Assembly: GCA_040398005.1 (NCBI GenBank)
Contig: JBBAUX010000007.1
Location: forward strand, 35,621-99,620
Length of the DNA stretch: 64,000 nucleotides
Direction: 5' to 3'
Source of the DNA: Opitutales bacterium
Lineage (GTDB): Bacteria; Verrucomicrobiota; Verrucomicrobiia; Opitutales; UBA953
Part shown: positions 9,071 through 19,485 of the stretch, piece after piece
Position numbering within the stretch: position 1 is the first letter of the stretch
How the letters are laid out: every line of letters starts with the position of its first letter
Notes under the pieces: model-generated
Database searches by the model: none
What the model saw: only the letters and a program-made list of their open reading frames with translations
Told to the model about the DNA's origin: nothing
Position numbers and translations under genes: made by a program

Positions 9071-10223
9071 TCCGCTTAATCAATACCCCGAAAGTGCCGA
9101 AAACTACTGGCTAAATTTCGCAGAACAAATCACGGGCTTAAAGGGCGAAGAGGCGTTGGAGAAAATGACTCCAGCTGTTGCCAGACTTTCTGATTTATTT
9201 ACGGTTGATCGTCCTGAAAAGAAATTTCCTGATTATTTTTCGGATAACGAACTACTCTCTGCTTACGGTTTATTTTTCTTACCGCAAAGTTTCGTTCGTA
9301 CGACCTATGCCCTGCGATTTATCACTGAGGCCCGACAGTGGAAGGCACCGACTTCTCCGCTTCGCATTTTGGATCTGGGATCAGGCCCAGGCTCCTGTGG
9401 CGTGGCCTGCGCTCATTATTTTAAAGAATTGGGCGTGAAAGAATTAGAATTAAACGCACTCGACCATTCAGCGACTGCTTTGGCGGCCCTTGAGCCATTG
9501 GCAGAAGCGGTTTTAGGTAATAAATACAGCGTTAAAACAAGGATTGGCGATGCCCACCGGGCCGACACTTGGCCAGAGGGCCCGTTTGACATCATCATCG
9601 CTGGCTTCGTGTTGAATGAAATGAAGTCGCTCAATCAGCCCGCCCTCGTCGAGTGGGTAGAGTCGATGAAAGATCGGCTTACACCTGATGGACTTATTTT
9701 AATCTTAGAGCCGGCCCTGAAGATCACTTCGCAACGCTTACAGAAACTCAGCGATGAAATTGCGGCTCACGAAATCGTGACCAGAATTGGACCAGAATTA
9801 GACGTCCACCCCTGTCCGCAACTCGCCGATGGCGTCCACTGGTCGCACGAGGTTCGTCACTGGCAAATCCCTTCCACCACAGAATTTATTAATCGTAAGC
9901 TGCACCGCGATTTACGTGATGTGCGTTTTAGTTTTGCGGCTTTTTCCGATCAAAAGATTCCCCACCTAGATAGTTCTGCGGTACGAATTGTTTCGGATAT
10001 TCAAATTATCAAAGGACTTCTTCGATTTATTGGAGTGCAAAACGGACAGTTACAAACGGTCGAAATCTCCACCCGTGGTCTATCCAAACATGACGTTAAG
10101 CTTTTGGCGGCGAAATTTGAACGTGGGGATATTGTCAGCCATGCTCAGCCGTCAGCACCCAAGGTCAGATTATTGAATAGCGCCGACCTAAAGATTGTCT
10201 GGGCTGCCCAACCAAGAAATTAA
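9057..10223 (+). CDS. Rsm22/METTL17-like class I SAM methyltransferase
   Basis: ILDLGSGPG motif I, AY.LFFLP, VLNE, ILEPA and VRFSF. ATG 9057 overlaps the recR 3' end. Confidence 0.75.
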   Translation: MSETNPLNQYPESAENYWLNFAEQITGLKGEEALEKMTPAVARLSDLFTVDRPEKKFPDYFSDNELLSAYGLFFLPQSFVRTTYALRFITEARQWKAPTSPLRILDLGSGPGSCGVACAHYFKELGVKELELNALDHSATALAALEPLAEAVLGNKYSVKTRIGDAHRADTWPEGPFDIIIAGFVLNEMKSLNQPALVEWVESMKDRLTPDGLILILEPALKITSQRLQKLSDEIAAHEIVTRIGPELDVHPCPQLADGVHWSHEVRHWQIPSTTEFINRKLHRDLRDVRFSFAAFSDQKIPHLDSSAVRIVSDIQIIKGLLRFIGVQNGQLQTVEISTRGLSKHDVKLLAAKFERGDIVSHAQPSAPKVRLLNSADLKIVWAAQPRN

Positions 10224-10240
10224 CCGAAATCTCCCCATTT

Positions 10241-10258
10241 GTGACGGGAAAGTGACGG
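10241..10258. promoter_or_regulatory. Pho-box-like direct repeat (GTGACGG-N4-GTGACGG) upstream of ppk1
   Basis: Two identical heptamers at 11-bp period. The reverse complement CCGTCAC-N4-CCGTCAC resembles the PhoB half-site CTGTCAY. Confidence 0.45.
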
Positions 10259-10339
10259 ACTACGGGAAGATTTGGTCTTAAATTTGAAAATCGATGGTGT
10301 GATAGTGACAATGCTTTCACGAATAGTTATTGCTTAGAA

Positions 10340-12409
10340 ATGTTTAACCGTGAACTCAGCTGGCTTAGTTTTGACCGACGTGTGTTGGAGTTGGCGGAAG
10401 ATCCCACGGTGCCACTTCTCGAGCGAGTACGCTTTCTTTCGATTGTTAGTTCTAATTTAGACGAGTTTTTTGAAATTCGTGTTGCCGGTATCATGCAACA
10501 GGAAGAATCGGCCAGCCACCCAGCGACTCGTGAATTTCTACAAGAAGTATTAAAACGTGCTCACAGTTTAGTGAGCGCACAGCAGAGCTGCTGGAAGGAA
10601 CTCATCGTACCCGCCCTCGCCAAGGAGGGTATCGAATACAAAATTAAGGGTCAGCTCACTAAGCCTGAGTTGCATGAACTTTCGGAAAGATTTGATAAAG
10701 ATATTTTGCCGGCGTTGACCCCTCTGGCGATTGACCCCTCTCACCCTTTTCCTGTACTCACCAATAAAGGCCTTTATTTATTAGCATTATTGAAAGACCC
10801 AGAGTCAGGCGAAACGCGTCGTGCGGTCGTCCCCGTCCCTCGTGTGCTACCGCGTATTTTAGCGCTTGGACCGACCAACAAGCGTTCATTCACGTTACTC
10901 AGTATCGTTACGCAAATTTTCATCGAACGACTTTTCCCAGGATTAGAACTCAAAGGATCGTGGGCTTTTCGCATTACGCGGAATAGTGATTTGTATGTCG
11001 ACGAGGAAGAAGCGGTAAACCTGCTCGATGCGATTGAAGACGAAATTCGTAATTTACGAAAAGGTGCCCCCGTTCGACTGGAGATTGAAGACTCGGTGCC
11101 GAACGAAGAACTTACCTGGCTATTAAAATCCATCGGTCTAGGGGTCGATAACACCTTCCGCATTCAAGGCCCGATTAACATGATGCGGTTAAGTAGTTTG
11201 ATTGATCTCGTGAACCGTCCTGATCTTGTTTTCCCGAGCTTCTCTTCGGTAACTCCGACCGAACTGAGTGAGCCATCGAAGATTTTTTCAAAAATTTCCA
11301 AGGGCGATATCCTCCTTCATCATCCCTATGAATCATTTACCCCGGTGGTAGATTTACTACGGCAGGCCGCGAAAGATGATTCGGTGGTGGCGATTAAATT
11401 AACCCTTTATCGAACCAGCGGTGACTCACCTATTGTGGAAGCCCTCAAGGAAGCCGCTCAAAACGGCAAACAAGTCACGGCTCTGGTCGAACTTCGTGCC
11501 CGCTTTGATGAGTTGAACAACATCGAATGGTCGCGCCAGTTACAAGAAGCGGGTGCTCACGTGGTTTACGGGCTCGCCGGACTCAAGACGCACTGCAAAG
11601 CCTGCCTCATCATTCGTCAGGAAAAAACGGGCCTCAAACGTTATGTGCATTTGGGTACCGGAAATTATAATCCAAAGACCGCCCGGCTCTACACGGACTT
11701 TTCACTTTTCACGGCCGATGAAGAAATTACTTCTGAAGTAGGTTTATTATTTAATGTATTAACGGGGAATCTCGCTAAACCAAAATTCAAGCACCTCCTC
11801 GTTGCGCCCTTCCACTTGCATCGTGGAATTATCGATTTAATTAATGCCGAAATTGCCGCAGCAAAAGCGGGCCGACCTGCTAAAATTTTCGCGAAGGTAA
11901 ATAGTCTCGTGGATCCTGAAGTGATTACAGCGCTCTACGATGCTTCCAACGCGGGAGTTTCTATTCACTTAATTGTCCGAGGTATTTGTTGTCTTAAACC
12001 GGGTATTCCTGGTAAGAGCGAAAACATAAAAGTATTTAGCGTTTTAGGTCGCTTTTTAGAACACAGCAGACTGTTCCGTTTTGAGAATTCCAGCGGTGAA
12101 CCGATTATTTTAATGGGCAGTGCTGACTGGATGCCGCGTAATTTCATGCGTCGAGTGGAGTGCGTATTCCCCATTAAGAATAAAGCACTTCGATCACGTA
12201 TCGAAAATGAAGTTTTAAAAGTTTACAGCGAGAAACTGGGCGATGTTAAGCAGCTCAATTCCGAGGGGCAGTATCTACCCTGCTCTCCCAAGGGACGCAG
12301 TGATACACAAGTTCAGGCAACCTTCTTAGACTTAGCTAAAAAACACTTAGTAGATAATATTAGCGCGGCAAAGAAGACCCCAGGCAAATCCGCTCGACGG
12401 CTCCGTTAA
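10340..12409 (+). CDS. ppk1: Polyphosphate kinase 1
   Basis: FNRELSWL, NLDEFFEIRVAG, LLHHPYESF, ELRARFDE, KTHCK, GTGNYN, GRFLEHSR and SADWMPRN. Confidence 0.98.
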   Translation: MFNRELSWLSFDRRVLELAEDPTVPLLERVRFLSIVSSNLDEFFEIRVAGIMQQEESASHPATREFLQEVLKRAHSLVSAQQSCWKELIVPALAKEGIEYKIKGQLTKPELHELSERFDKDILPALTPLAIDPSHPFPVLTNKGLYLLALLKDPESGETRRAVVPVPRVLPRILALGPTNKRSFTLLSIVTQIFIERLFPGLELKGSWAFRITRNSDLYVDEEEAVNLLDAIEDEIRNLRKGAPVRLEIEDSVPNEELTWLLKSIGLGVDNTFRIQGPINMMRLSSLIDLVNRPDLVFPSFSSVTPTELSEPSKIFSKISKGDILLHHPYESFTPVVDLLRQAAKDDSVVAIKLTLYRTSGDSPIVEALKEAAQNGKQVTALVELRARFDELNNIEWSRQLQEAGAHVVYGLAGLKTHCKACLIIRQEKTGLKRYVHLGTGNYNPKTARLYTDFSLFTADEEITSEVGLLFNVLTGNLAKPKFKHLLVAPFHLHRGIIDLINAEIAAAKAGRPAKIFAKVNSLVDPEVITALYDASNAGVSIHLIVRGICCLKPGIPGKSENIKVFSVLGRFLEHSRLFRFENSSGEPIILMGSADWMPRNFMRRVECVFPIKNKALRSRIENEVLKVYSEKLGDVKQLNSEGQYLPCSPKGRSDTQVQATFLDLAKKHLVDNISAAKKTPGKSARRLR

Positions 12410-13562
12410 AGCCTTCTTTGTCTCCTAAGATATCCACTTCCATTCGAACATACATGAGTGGGAGTGAGGGACGGAAACGGGACTGCAGGCGTACTGCATC
12501 TTTCTCGGTGGTAACAATCACTTCGGCTTTAGCTTGGATGGCTGACTCTAAAACTTCATCTAAGTCTTCATCATTAAAGGCGTGGTGATCGAGGAATCGA
12601 CGGTTGGAAACGATTTTTGCACCTTGAGCTAAGAGAGTTTCCTCAAATCTTTCGGGCGTCGCGATACCCGAGAAGGACGCAATGCGTTTTCCCGCTAAGA
12701 AACTGAGGGGTAAATGCTGAGTGCCATCGATTTCAATAAGCTCCTTGGCAATGTGTGCACAGGAAATGATTTCCACCTTAGGATTATGCTTTCGAATCAA
12801 AGCAACTAATTCTGGATCTGGTGCGCCCGTTGATTTCGTAAGAAAAATATAAGAGGCCCGACTTAAATTTTTAACCGGCTCACGCAGAATGCCACGGGGT
12901 AAGAGGCAACGATTTCCAAAAGGGTTCCGACTATCGACGAGCAGTAAATTGATCTGCCCGCTTAAGGGGAGGTATTGTAAACCGTCGTCTAATAAAATAG
13001 TATCCACTCCGAATTGACGAAGTGCGAATCGGCCACCCTCGACGCGATTACGATCCACGATCACCACGACGCCGTACTGAACTAAATTAGTCGCCAACAT
13101 GAAAGGCTCATCCCCGGCCTCATCTGGCCCAGCGAGAACGCTTTTACCGTCGGATACTGTCAACGGATCGGGTCGACGGCCCTGCGTGAGCCAACGCCAA
13201 AATCTCTTTAACATCGAGTCACTGGCACCTTTATAACCTCGGGATAAAATAGCGACTTTGCGTCCACGTTGGGCGAGCACTTGGGCCATTTTCATGACGA
13301 CGGGCGTTTTTCCGGTGCCACCGACGGTTAAATTTCCAACCACGACTACTTTGCAGCCCAGGTGGGTGTCGCGGAAGAGTCTGTGACGATAAAGCCACAG
13401 TCGAAATTTTACGAGTACCTCAAATACGACAGAAAGTAGCCAGAGAATGTATCCCAGGAAAGTCGCGAATACCCCAGTTTTACGGTCATAAACGAGGTCA
13501 GTAGCGTATCCAGCAATGGCCTCACGAAGGGTCGAAAATATTCCTCGGTGCTTAGGTCTCAT
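12360..13562 (-). CDS. lpxK: Tetraacyldisaccharide 4'-kinase
   Basis: [36 protein letters not shown] and TTEKDAVR. Confidence 0.95.
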   Translation of the reverse strand: MRPKHRGIFSTLREAIAGYATDLVYDRKTGVFATFLGYILWLLSVVFEVLVKFRLWLYRHRLFRDTHLGCKVVVVGNLTVGGTGKTPVVMKMAQVLAQRGRKVAILSRGYKGASDSMLKRFWRWLTQGRRPDPLTVSDGKSVLAGPDEAGDEPFMLATNLVQYGVVVIVDRNRVEGGRFALRQFGVDTILLDDGLQYLPLSGQINLLLVDSRNPFGNRCLLPRGILREPVKNLSRASYIFLTKSTGAPDPELVALIRKHNPKVEIISCAHIAKELIEIDGTQHLPLSFLAGKRIASFSGIATPERFEETLLAQGAKIVSNRRFLDHHAFNDEDLDEVLESAIQAKAEVIVTTEKDAVRLQSRFRPSLPLMYVRMEVDILGDKEGFNGAVERICLGSSLPR

Positions 13563-13630
13563 AGGCGTAAACTATGCAAACTTGTTTGACGCAGGCAGGC
13601 AACCCGATTGAGAAGGGACGCATCGAGTCT

Positions 13631-14032
13631 ATGCTCTATCACCTCTTACGCACCAAGTTACTGCGCGCTGAAGTCACCGGTGCCCGCATCGATTATGAGG
13701 GTTCTTTAGCCATGGACAGCGAATTAATGGCCTTAGTGGGCATGCTTCCCTACGAGAAAATTTTAGTGGGCAATATCGAGAATGGTGAGCGATTTGAGAC
13801 CTATGCAATCCCCGCTCCAGCTGGTTCGCGACAGATTTGCCTCAACGGTGCGACCGCCCACTTGGGTAAAGTAGGTGACTTATTAGTAGTCATGACCTTT
13901 GCTGAGGTCACACCCGAGGAGGCTAAATCCTGGCATCCCAAAACCGTTACCCTTTCCCACCAGAACAAAAAAGTTGTTCGAATCGAAAACCCCGACGTCT
14001 CCCAAGACCTTCTCAATACTTTCCAAAAATGA
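13631..14032 (+). CDS. panD: Aspartate 1-decarboxylase
   Basis: YEG|S autocleavage site, NGERFETY and ICLNGA. Start set at ATG 13631. Confidence 0.93.
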   Translation: MLYHLLRTKLLRAEVTGARIDYEGSLAMDSELMALVGMLPYEKILVGNIENGERFETYAIPAPAGSRQICLNGATAHLGKVGDLLVVMTFAEVTPEEAKSWHPKTVTLSHQNKKVVRIENPDVSQDLLNTFQK

Positions 14033-15108
14033 GTTACCGCTTATACATTCCAGGACCACTCACGGTCTCTGAATCCATCATCACAGCGATGGGCAAGCCC
14101 ATGATTGGTCACCGATCCAAAGACTTCGTTGCTCTCTATGAAGACATGCAACCAAGGCTGCAGAAAATGTTCTTCACCACGGACCCAGTTTATTTAGGTA
14201 CGAGTTCCGCCTGGGGTGTAATGGAAGGTGCCCTCCGTAATGTTTGTAAGAAAGGCGTTCTCAATTGTATGAACGGTGCGTTCTCCGACAAATGGTTCGA
14301 TGTCGCCAAGCGCTGCGGTAAATACGCGGAAGCTTTACAATTCGATTGGGGTAAACCAGTCGATCCAGCAGCTGTTCGTACCGCACTCGCGACTGGCAAG
14401 TTCGATTGTATCACTTTCATTCATTCCGAAACTTCAACGGGCACTCTTTCAAATATTGCCGAAATCATGGCGGTCATTCGTGAGTTCCCCGATGTCATCT
14501 CGATTGCTGACTCGGTAAGTTCGTTCTCCACCTTACCTATTAAGAAGGACGAACTAGGTATTGATATTCTTCTGACCGGTTCACAAAAGGCCCTCGCCCT
14601 GCCTCCGGGCTTGGCGATTTTCTCCGTCAGTGAACGTGCTCGTACTCGTGCGAAGGAACTTTCCGATCGTGGATATTACTTCGATTTAATCGAGTTCCAC
14701 GACAACCACACCAAGGGCATGACCCCTTCGACACCGTGCATCTCTTTATTCTACGGACTCCAACAGCGTCTCGTGGAAATTGAAGCGGAAGGTCTAGACA
14801 ACCGCTACGAACGTCACCGTCGCTTAAACGACAAGGTACGTCAGTGGGGCTTAGCTAAAGGTTTTAGTTTATTACCCAGTCCTGAATTCGCTACACGCGG
14901 ACTCAACTGCTTTAAGAACGACCGTAATGCTGATTTAGAACGCTTACTGAAAACTCTCAAATCACGTCACAAACTCGTCATCGATGGTGGATACGGAAAA
15001 TTAAAAGGTAAAACCTTCCGCATCTCCAACATGGGTGAAGAAACTGACGCCACCATTTCCACACTCATTGCCGCGCTTGATGACTCTTTCGCTGAGCAAG
15101 GAATATAA
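14029..15108 (+). CDS. Class V PLP aminotransferase (alanine-glyoxylate/serine-pyruvate type)
   Basis: YIPGP, MIGHRS, HSETSTG, DSVSS, TGSQKALALPPG and FRISNMG. ATGA overlap with panD. Confidence 0.9.
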   Translation: MSYRLYIPGPLTVSESIITAMGKPMIGHRSKDFVALYEDMQPRLQKMFFTTDPVYLGTSSAWGVMEGALRNVCKKGVLNCMNGAFSDKWFDVAKRCGKYAEALQFDWGKPVDPAAVRTALATGKFDCITFIHSETSTGTLSNIAEIMAVIREFPDVISIADSVSSFSTLPIKKDELGIDILLTGSQKALALPPGLAIFSVSERARTRAKELSDRGYYFDLIEFHDNHTKGMTPSTPCISLFYGLQQRLVEIEAEGLDNRYERHRRLNDKVRQWGLAKGFSLLPSPEFATRGLNCFKNDRNADLERLLKTLKSRHKLVIDGGYGKLKGKTFRISNMGEETDATISTLIAALDDSFAEQGI

Positions 15109-15140
15109 CCACGATTTGACAAGCGGTTATAATCCTACGC

Positions 15141-17861
15141 ATGGCAAAAAAATCTTCCAAGGCTCCTTCTGCAAAAACTGATAGCTCGGTTTTAAAGACT
15201 TTAGTCATCGCTGAAAAGCCATCCGTAGCCGCGGATTTGGCTAAAGTTCTCAAGGTTCCAAAGTCAGGCGATGTGTTCGAAAACGATGAATGGATTATCA
15301 GCTCAGCGGTTGGTCACTTGGTAAAACTGAAGGACCCTGAAGACCTGGATCCCATTTATAAACGTTGGACGCTGAAAGATCTACCCATGCTTCCCAAGAA
15401 GTATGATGGCACTATCGACGGCTCGATTTTGAAAGTTATTATAAATGAGCGACAAGATGGAGCACGATTTAAACTCCTGAAAGATCTGATTAAAAGAAGC
15501 CATACCATTGTAAATGCCTGTGACGCTGGACGTGAGGGTGAACTTATTTTCGCATATATTTACAGTCTAGTCGGACATCTTCTGCCCACCAAGCGTTTAT
15601 GGCTTACCAGTATGACTGCGGATGCCATTAAAAATTCTTTTGATAATTTATTAGCGGGTGACGCTAAGTTAGGGCTACGTGATTCGGCCATTGGACGATC
15701 GGTAGCCGACTGGTTAGTTGGATTGAATGCGAGTCGTCTTTGCACATTGCGAATCGGTGCACGCAGCGAATCCTATCCTGCGGGCCGCGTACAGACCCCC
15801 ACGCTCATGTTGATTGTGGAACGCGAATTAGAAATCCGTGCGTTCCAACCCAAAACATTTTGGAAAATTGAAGCCTACTTTAATATTAAGTCCGGACAGT
15901 ACAAAGGTGTTGCTCAAGTCCCAGGTGTCACCGATCGCAAAGAAGCGGAACGTTTCTTTGATGAGGCCGCCGCCAAAAAAGTTTCCGAAGAAAGTCTTAA
16001 AATCGGTGTGGGAACAGTTACCGATGAGTGTAAGCCCAAGAAAGAAAGCGCCCCTCGTCTCTTCGACTTAACCAGTCTGCAACGTGAAGGTAATCGCCGT
16101 TTCGGTTTCTCCGCAAAAACCACTCTTGGTGCCGCCCAAGCGCTTTACGAAAAACATAAAGCCCTGACCTACCCTCGTACGGATTCGCAGTATTTACCCG
16201 AGGATCACTTGCCCACTGCGAAGAATGTACTGGAATCTTTAATCCAAGGACACTCCGTCGGTAATTTCGCTAAAGAAGTTTTAGCTAAAGGTTGGCTTAA
16301 CTCGGCTGGTAAACGCGTCTTTGATAACAAGAAAGTTAGCGATCACTTTGCCATCGTCCCCACGGGTACTATTCCGAATGGACTCTCTGAAGTTGAGCAA
16401 AAGATTTACGATTTAGTCGTCCGTCGATTCGTCGGTGTATTCTTCCCGATGGCTGAATTCGAAGAAACCGTTCGAACCACTCAAGTCGGTCAGTATAATT
16501 TCCGCACCACCGGTAAAGTTTTAGTCGTTGCTGGTTGGCGCGCAGTTTGGGGTCAAGAAGCTGAAGCGGAAGAAGACAAAGATAAAGAAGGCGCCGCTAA
16601 TCTCCCAGCTCTGAGCGATGCGGATGGTAAACCACCGCAAGCCAAGGTTGTAGATATCGATGTGAAACAAGATGCCACCAAGCCACCGGCGCGTTTTAAC
16701 GAAGCATCACTTTTAGGAGCGATGGAAAATGCGGGTAAACTTGTGGACGACGATGCTCTGGCCGAAGCCATGAAAGAGCGTGGCTTAGGGACTCCCGCGA
16801 CACGTGCACAAACGATCGAAGGCCTGTTGGGGCAAAAGTATATGGAGAGACAAGGTAAAGAACTCGTGCCCATGGCTAAGGCATTCCAGTTACACCAATT
16901 TATTCACGCCAAAGGTTTATCCTTCCTCTCCGAACCTCAACTCACCGGCGAGTGGGAATTTCAATTAAAACAAACCGAACACGGCGATCTCTCAGTCAAA
17001 AAATTTATCGCCGACATCAAAGTACAGGTTGAAGATTTTATTAATAAAGGTCGCGTTGAACCTGAACCTACCTTGGTGCACCCTGAAGTCTTATCACCGT
17101 CGGATAAAAAGCCGATGATGACGAATGGTGAAAGTTATTTCTCACAGGATCGTTCGGCTGATGGTAAGAAGCCGATGGTGATTGTTTACAAAGGTGTCAA
17201 CGGACATGAAGTGACGCCGGCTGAACTCGCTGAACTCATTGAGAAGCGTCGCATCGGACCCTTTGATGACTTCAAATCGATGAAGTCGGGCAAGAACTAC
17301 ACGGGCTATATTGATTTAGTAGATGAAGATTCGATCGTCTCCTGGAAGAAAAAACCCGAGGAGGCTCCGGCCAAAGACGAAAACGGTGTCGAAAAGCCTA
17401 AGCGCAAAACGAAGCCCAAGCCAGCCACCGGTCGACTCAAAGGTGTACTCTATTTACCACCACGCGAAGGAGCTGCCGGAAATCCCGATGCTTTTGACGC
17501 TGAGTGGCCAGTTCTGGGTAATTGCCCAGTCTCGGGCCTCCCTGTCCAACAAACGCCGTCAGCGGGCTACCGAGTGTGCCCACAGAAGGCTGCGGAGGCT
17601 GGAGCCAAGAAGACTTTTGGTCTCAGTGCTGAAATGCTGAAATGCCCCATTACTCCCGAGGATATAAAAGCCTTACTGACGACCGGTAAAACGCCGTTGA
17701 AGAAATTTATCTCCCGAAAGACCAATCGAGGATTCGAAGCTTATTTAGTAGCGGATAAAGATAAAGGTTGGTGGTTCGAGTTTCCTCCGCGCAAGCCCAA
17801 GGGCCCACGGAAAGCAGCGGGTGGAGCTTCCGAAAAATCGTCCGACTCGAATCCTTACTAG
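15141..17861 (+). CDS. topB: Type IA DNA topoisomerase III with C-terminal repeats
   Basis: IAEKPSVA, NACDAGREGELIF, GRVQTPTL, catalytic TYPRTD and GLGTPATRA. Confidence 0.9.
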   Translation: MAKKSSKAPSAKTDSSVLKTLVIAEKPSVAADLAKVLKVPKSGDVFENDEWIISSAVGHLVKLKDPEDLDPIYKRWTLKDLPMLPKKYDGTIDGSILKVIINERQDGARFKLLKDLIKRSHTIVNACDAGREGELIFAYIYSLVGHLLPTKRLWLTSMTADAIKNSFDNLLAGDAKLGLRDSAIGRSVADWLVGLNASRLCTLRIGARSESYPAGRVQTPTLMLIVERELEIRAFQPKTFWKIEAYFNIKSGQYKGVAQVPGVTDRKEAERFFDEAAAKKVSEESLKIGVGTVTDECKPKKESAPRLFDLTSLQREGNRRFGFSAKTTLGAAQALYEKHKALTYPRTDSQYLPEDHLPTAKNVLESLIQGHSVGNFAKEVLAKGWLNSAGKRVFDNKKVSDHFAIVPTGTIPNGLSEVEQKIYDLVVRRFVGVFFPMAEFEETVRTTQVGQYNFRTTGKVLVVAGWRAVWGQEAEAEEDKDKEGAANLPALSDADGKPPQAKVVDIDVKQDATKPPARFNEASLLGAMENAGKLVDDDALAEAMKERGLGTPATRAQTIEGLLGQKYMERQGKELVPMAKAFQLHQFIHAKGLSFLSEPQLTGEWEFQLKQTEHGDLSVKKFIADIKVQVEDFINKGRVEPEPTLVHPEVLSPSDKKPMMTNGESYFSQDRSADGKKPMVIVYKGVNGHEVTPAELAELIEKRRIGPFDDFKSMKSGKNYTGYIDLVDEDSIVSWKKKPEEAPAKDENGVEKPKRKTKPKPATGRLKGVLYLPPREGAAGNPDAFDAEWPVLGNCPVSGLPVQQTPSAGYRVCPQKAAEAGAKKTFGLSAEMLKCPITPEDIKALLTTGKTPLKKFISRKTNRGFEAYLVADKDKGWWFEFPPRKPKGPRKAAGGASEKSSDSNPY

Positions 17862-18637
17862 TTTTTCTTCTCCCAAGACTGACGTGGGATACGTTGGAGA
17901 ATGGTAAGATTTAATTGATCTTCCATAAACCGCAGATGCTCCAAATCATCGGGTGCATGATCATCTTCGTTGCTGAGTTTCTTTTGCCAAACCTCGCGAT
18001 ACCAATCGTAGGCGACTTTGGTTTTTCCGCTTTCCCATATAGCCCGAGCACACATAAAATGGACGAACCAAGGTGGGTTTTTACTTTCCGAAGCACGCTT
18101 ATAATAGTCGGCCGCTAACGAAAAATCTTTTAGTTTTAGTTCCGACATCTGTCCGGCCGAAATGAGAATTCCGACATTTCCTCCGGTGTACTTGATGCCC
18201 TCCTCGAAGACATTGATGCCATGTCGCGCGTATTTTTTAAATAAATCAGCTTGGATCTCCGCACTGACTTTAGCGTATCCACCCCGCTTGCGTATTTCCC
18301 AGTGGGCCATGTCGTAACCAATCACGTAGCCTGTGTTCTCCCAAAAATAACGGGCCCGAGGATCCAGTAAACAGGACGTACGCATGAGTGCTTCGCAGCC
18401 GGCTCGATCGCGTCTTTCCCAAAGCACGTAGCTTCTAATCCAAGCACCATCGGCCACCACGGTCCGAAATCCTCCTAAGATGCCCAGCAGCACGCCCTGC
18501 CCGAGACTCGGCTCAATTTGTTTTTTGCCCATTTCGGGAATCGAAACCCGAACCTTCATCCAAGAAAACTCTGCAATCACTCCAGCCAACCCCAGGCAAA
18601 CGATTGCGATAATCCATGGGACGCGAGACGACTTCAT
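17858..18637 (-). CDS. Membrane-anchored TPR-like helical protein linked to the ABC transporter
   Basis: N-terminal hydrophobic segment, LGGFR.VVAD..W, LDPR, and helical A..YY..A repeats. Start overlaps the permease stop (TAATG). Confidence 0.6.
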   Translation of the reverse strand: MKSSRVPWIIAIVCLGLAGVIAEFSWMKVRVSIPEMGKKQIEPSLGQGVLLGILGGFRTVVADGAWIRSYVLWERRDRAGCEALMRTSCLLDPRARYFWENTGYVIGYDMAHWEIRKRGGYAKVSAEIQADLFKKYARHGINVFEEGIKYTGGNVGILISAGQMSELKLKDFSLAADYYKRASESKNPPWFVHFMCARAIWESGKTKVAYDWYREVWQKKLSNEDDHAPDDLEHLRFMEDQLNLTILQRIPRQSWEKKN

Positions 18638-19485
18638 TAAATTTCCCTCTGACGAAACATTAAACTTCCGATGAACAGAAAGACGAAGATGTAACAACTT
18701 CCTGAGAATAATGCCAAGGTCACCGCGCCGTCAGCGACGGATCCGTGATCCAAGGTTAAGGCGTCACCGATATTAAACTGCTGCAAGTTAGGAATAATAT
18801 AAGTGGATACAGTTAATAATAATTTTGAAAAAATGTTAAGGTCGCCGGGCTTAAGCAAAGTCTCTTGCGCTAACCATTGAAGTTGGCCTGCTACTACCAG
18901 CATTGAACCGACGATGACGGTGAAAAGAAATGTCCGGGCCAGGGAGGCGACCATCAGAATCATCGCAGCGACGACCCCGAGGCGTGCCCACTGCATCCCC
19001 GTATAAGAGAATAAGCCCGTAATACTCAGCTCAGGCGGGGCTTTGCCGGCTTCGATCGCCGCCACCGTCAGTTCCTGGCAACGCGCCCATAAAATGACAC
19101 CCAAGAGCGTTGAAAGCGTGAAAATGAAAACCCCTAGCACTAACCAAACTCCCAAAAACTTTCCGACCAGAAATTCGGTTCGACTCACGGGCTTTGCTAA
19201 TAACGTCAGGGCCGTGCGATTATCCATCTCCGCAAAAAAGAGTTGAGCCGACATGACTACCGCGAGCACCGATCCAAATAAGAACATGCCACCGAAACCA
19301 AAATCGCAGACGAATTTTAATTCACCGTGCCCAAAATCTAAAAATCGAAAGGAGACGGATGAGAGGACCAAGGCGGCGGAAAGTAAAATCAGGAAAGCAA
19401 AGAAGCGCTGACGAATGGCTTCTAAGAATGTCAGCCGAGTCATCCAGAAAATACGGGTCAAGGAGGCTTTCATAAAATTAGGCAT
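18637..19485 (-). CDS. ABC-2 type permease (PilI-like)
   Basis: TFLEAIRQR, E...RT...LLAKPVSR.EFLVGKFLG and several TM segments. Confidence 0.85.
   Translation of the reverse strand: MPNFMKASLTRIFWMTRLTFLEAIRQRFFAFLILLSAALVLSSVSFRFLDFGHGELKFVCDFGFGGMFLFGSVLAVVMSAQLFFAEMDNRTALTLLAKPVSRTEFLVGKFLGVWLVLGVFIFTLSTLLGVILWARCQELTVAAIEAGKAPPELSITGLFSYTGMQWARLGVVAAMILMVASLARTFLFTVIVGSMLVVAGQLQWLAQETLLKPGDLNIFSKLLLTVSTYIIPNLQQFNIGDALTLDHGSVADGAVTLALFSGSCYIFVFLFIGSLMFRQREI

Noticed and set aside
15116..15133. Perfect TTGACA and TATAAT upstream of topB as one sigma70 promoter
   Set aside because: The spacing is only 6 nt, incompatible with a -35/-10 pair. Only the -10 is used, in the leaderless finding.
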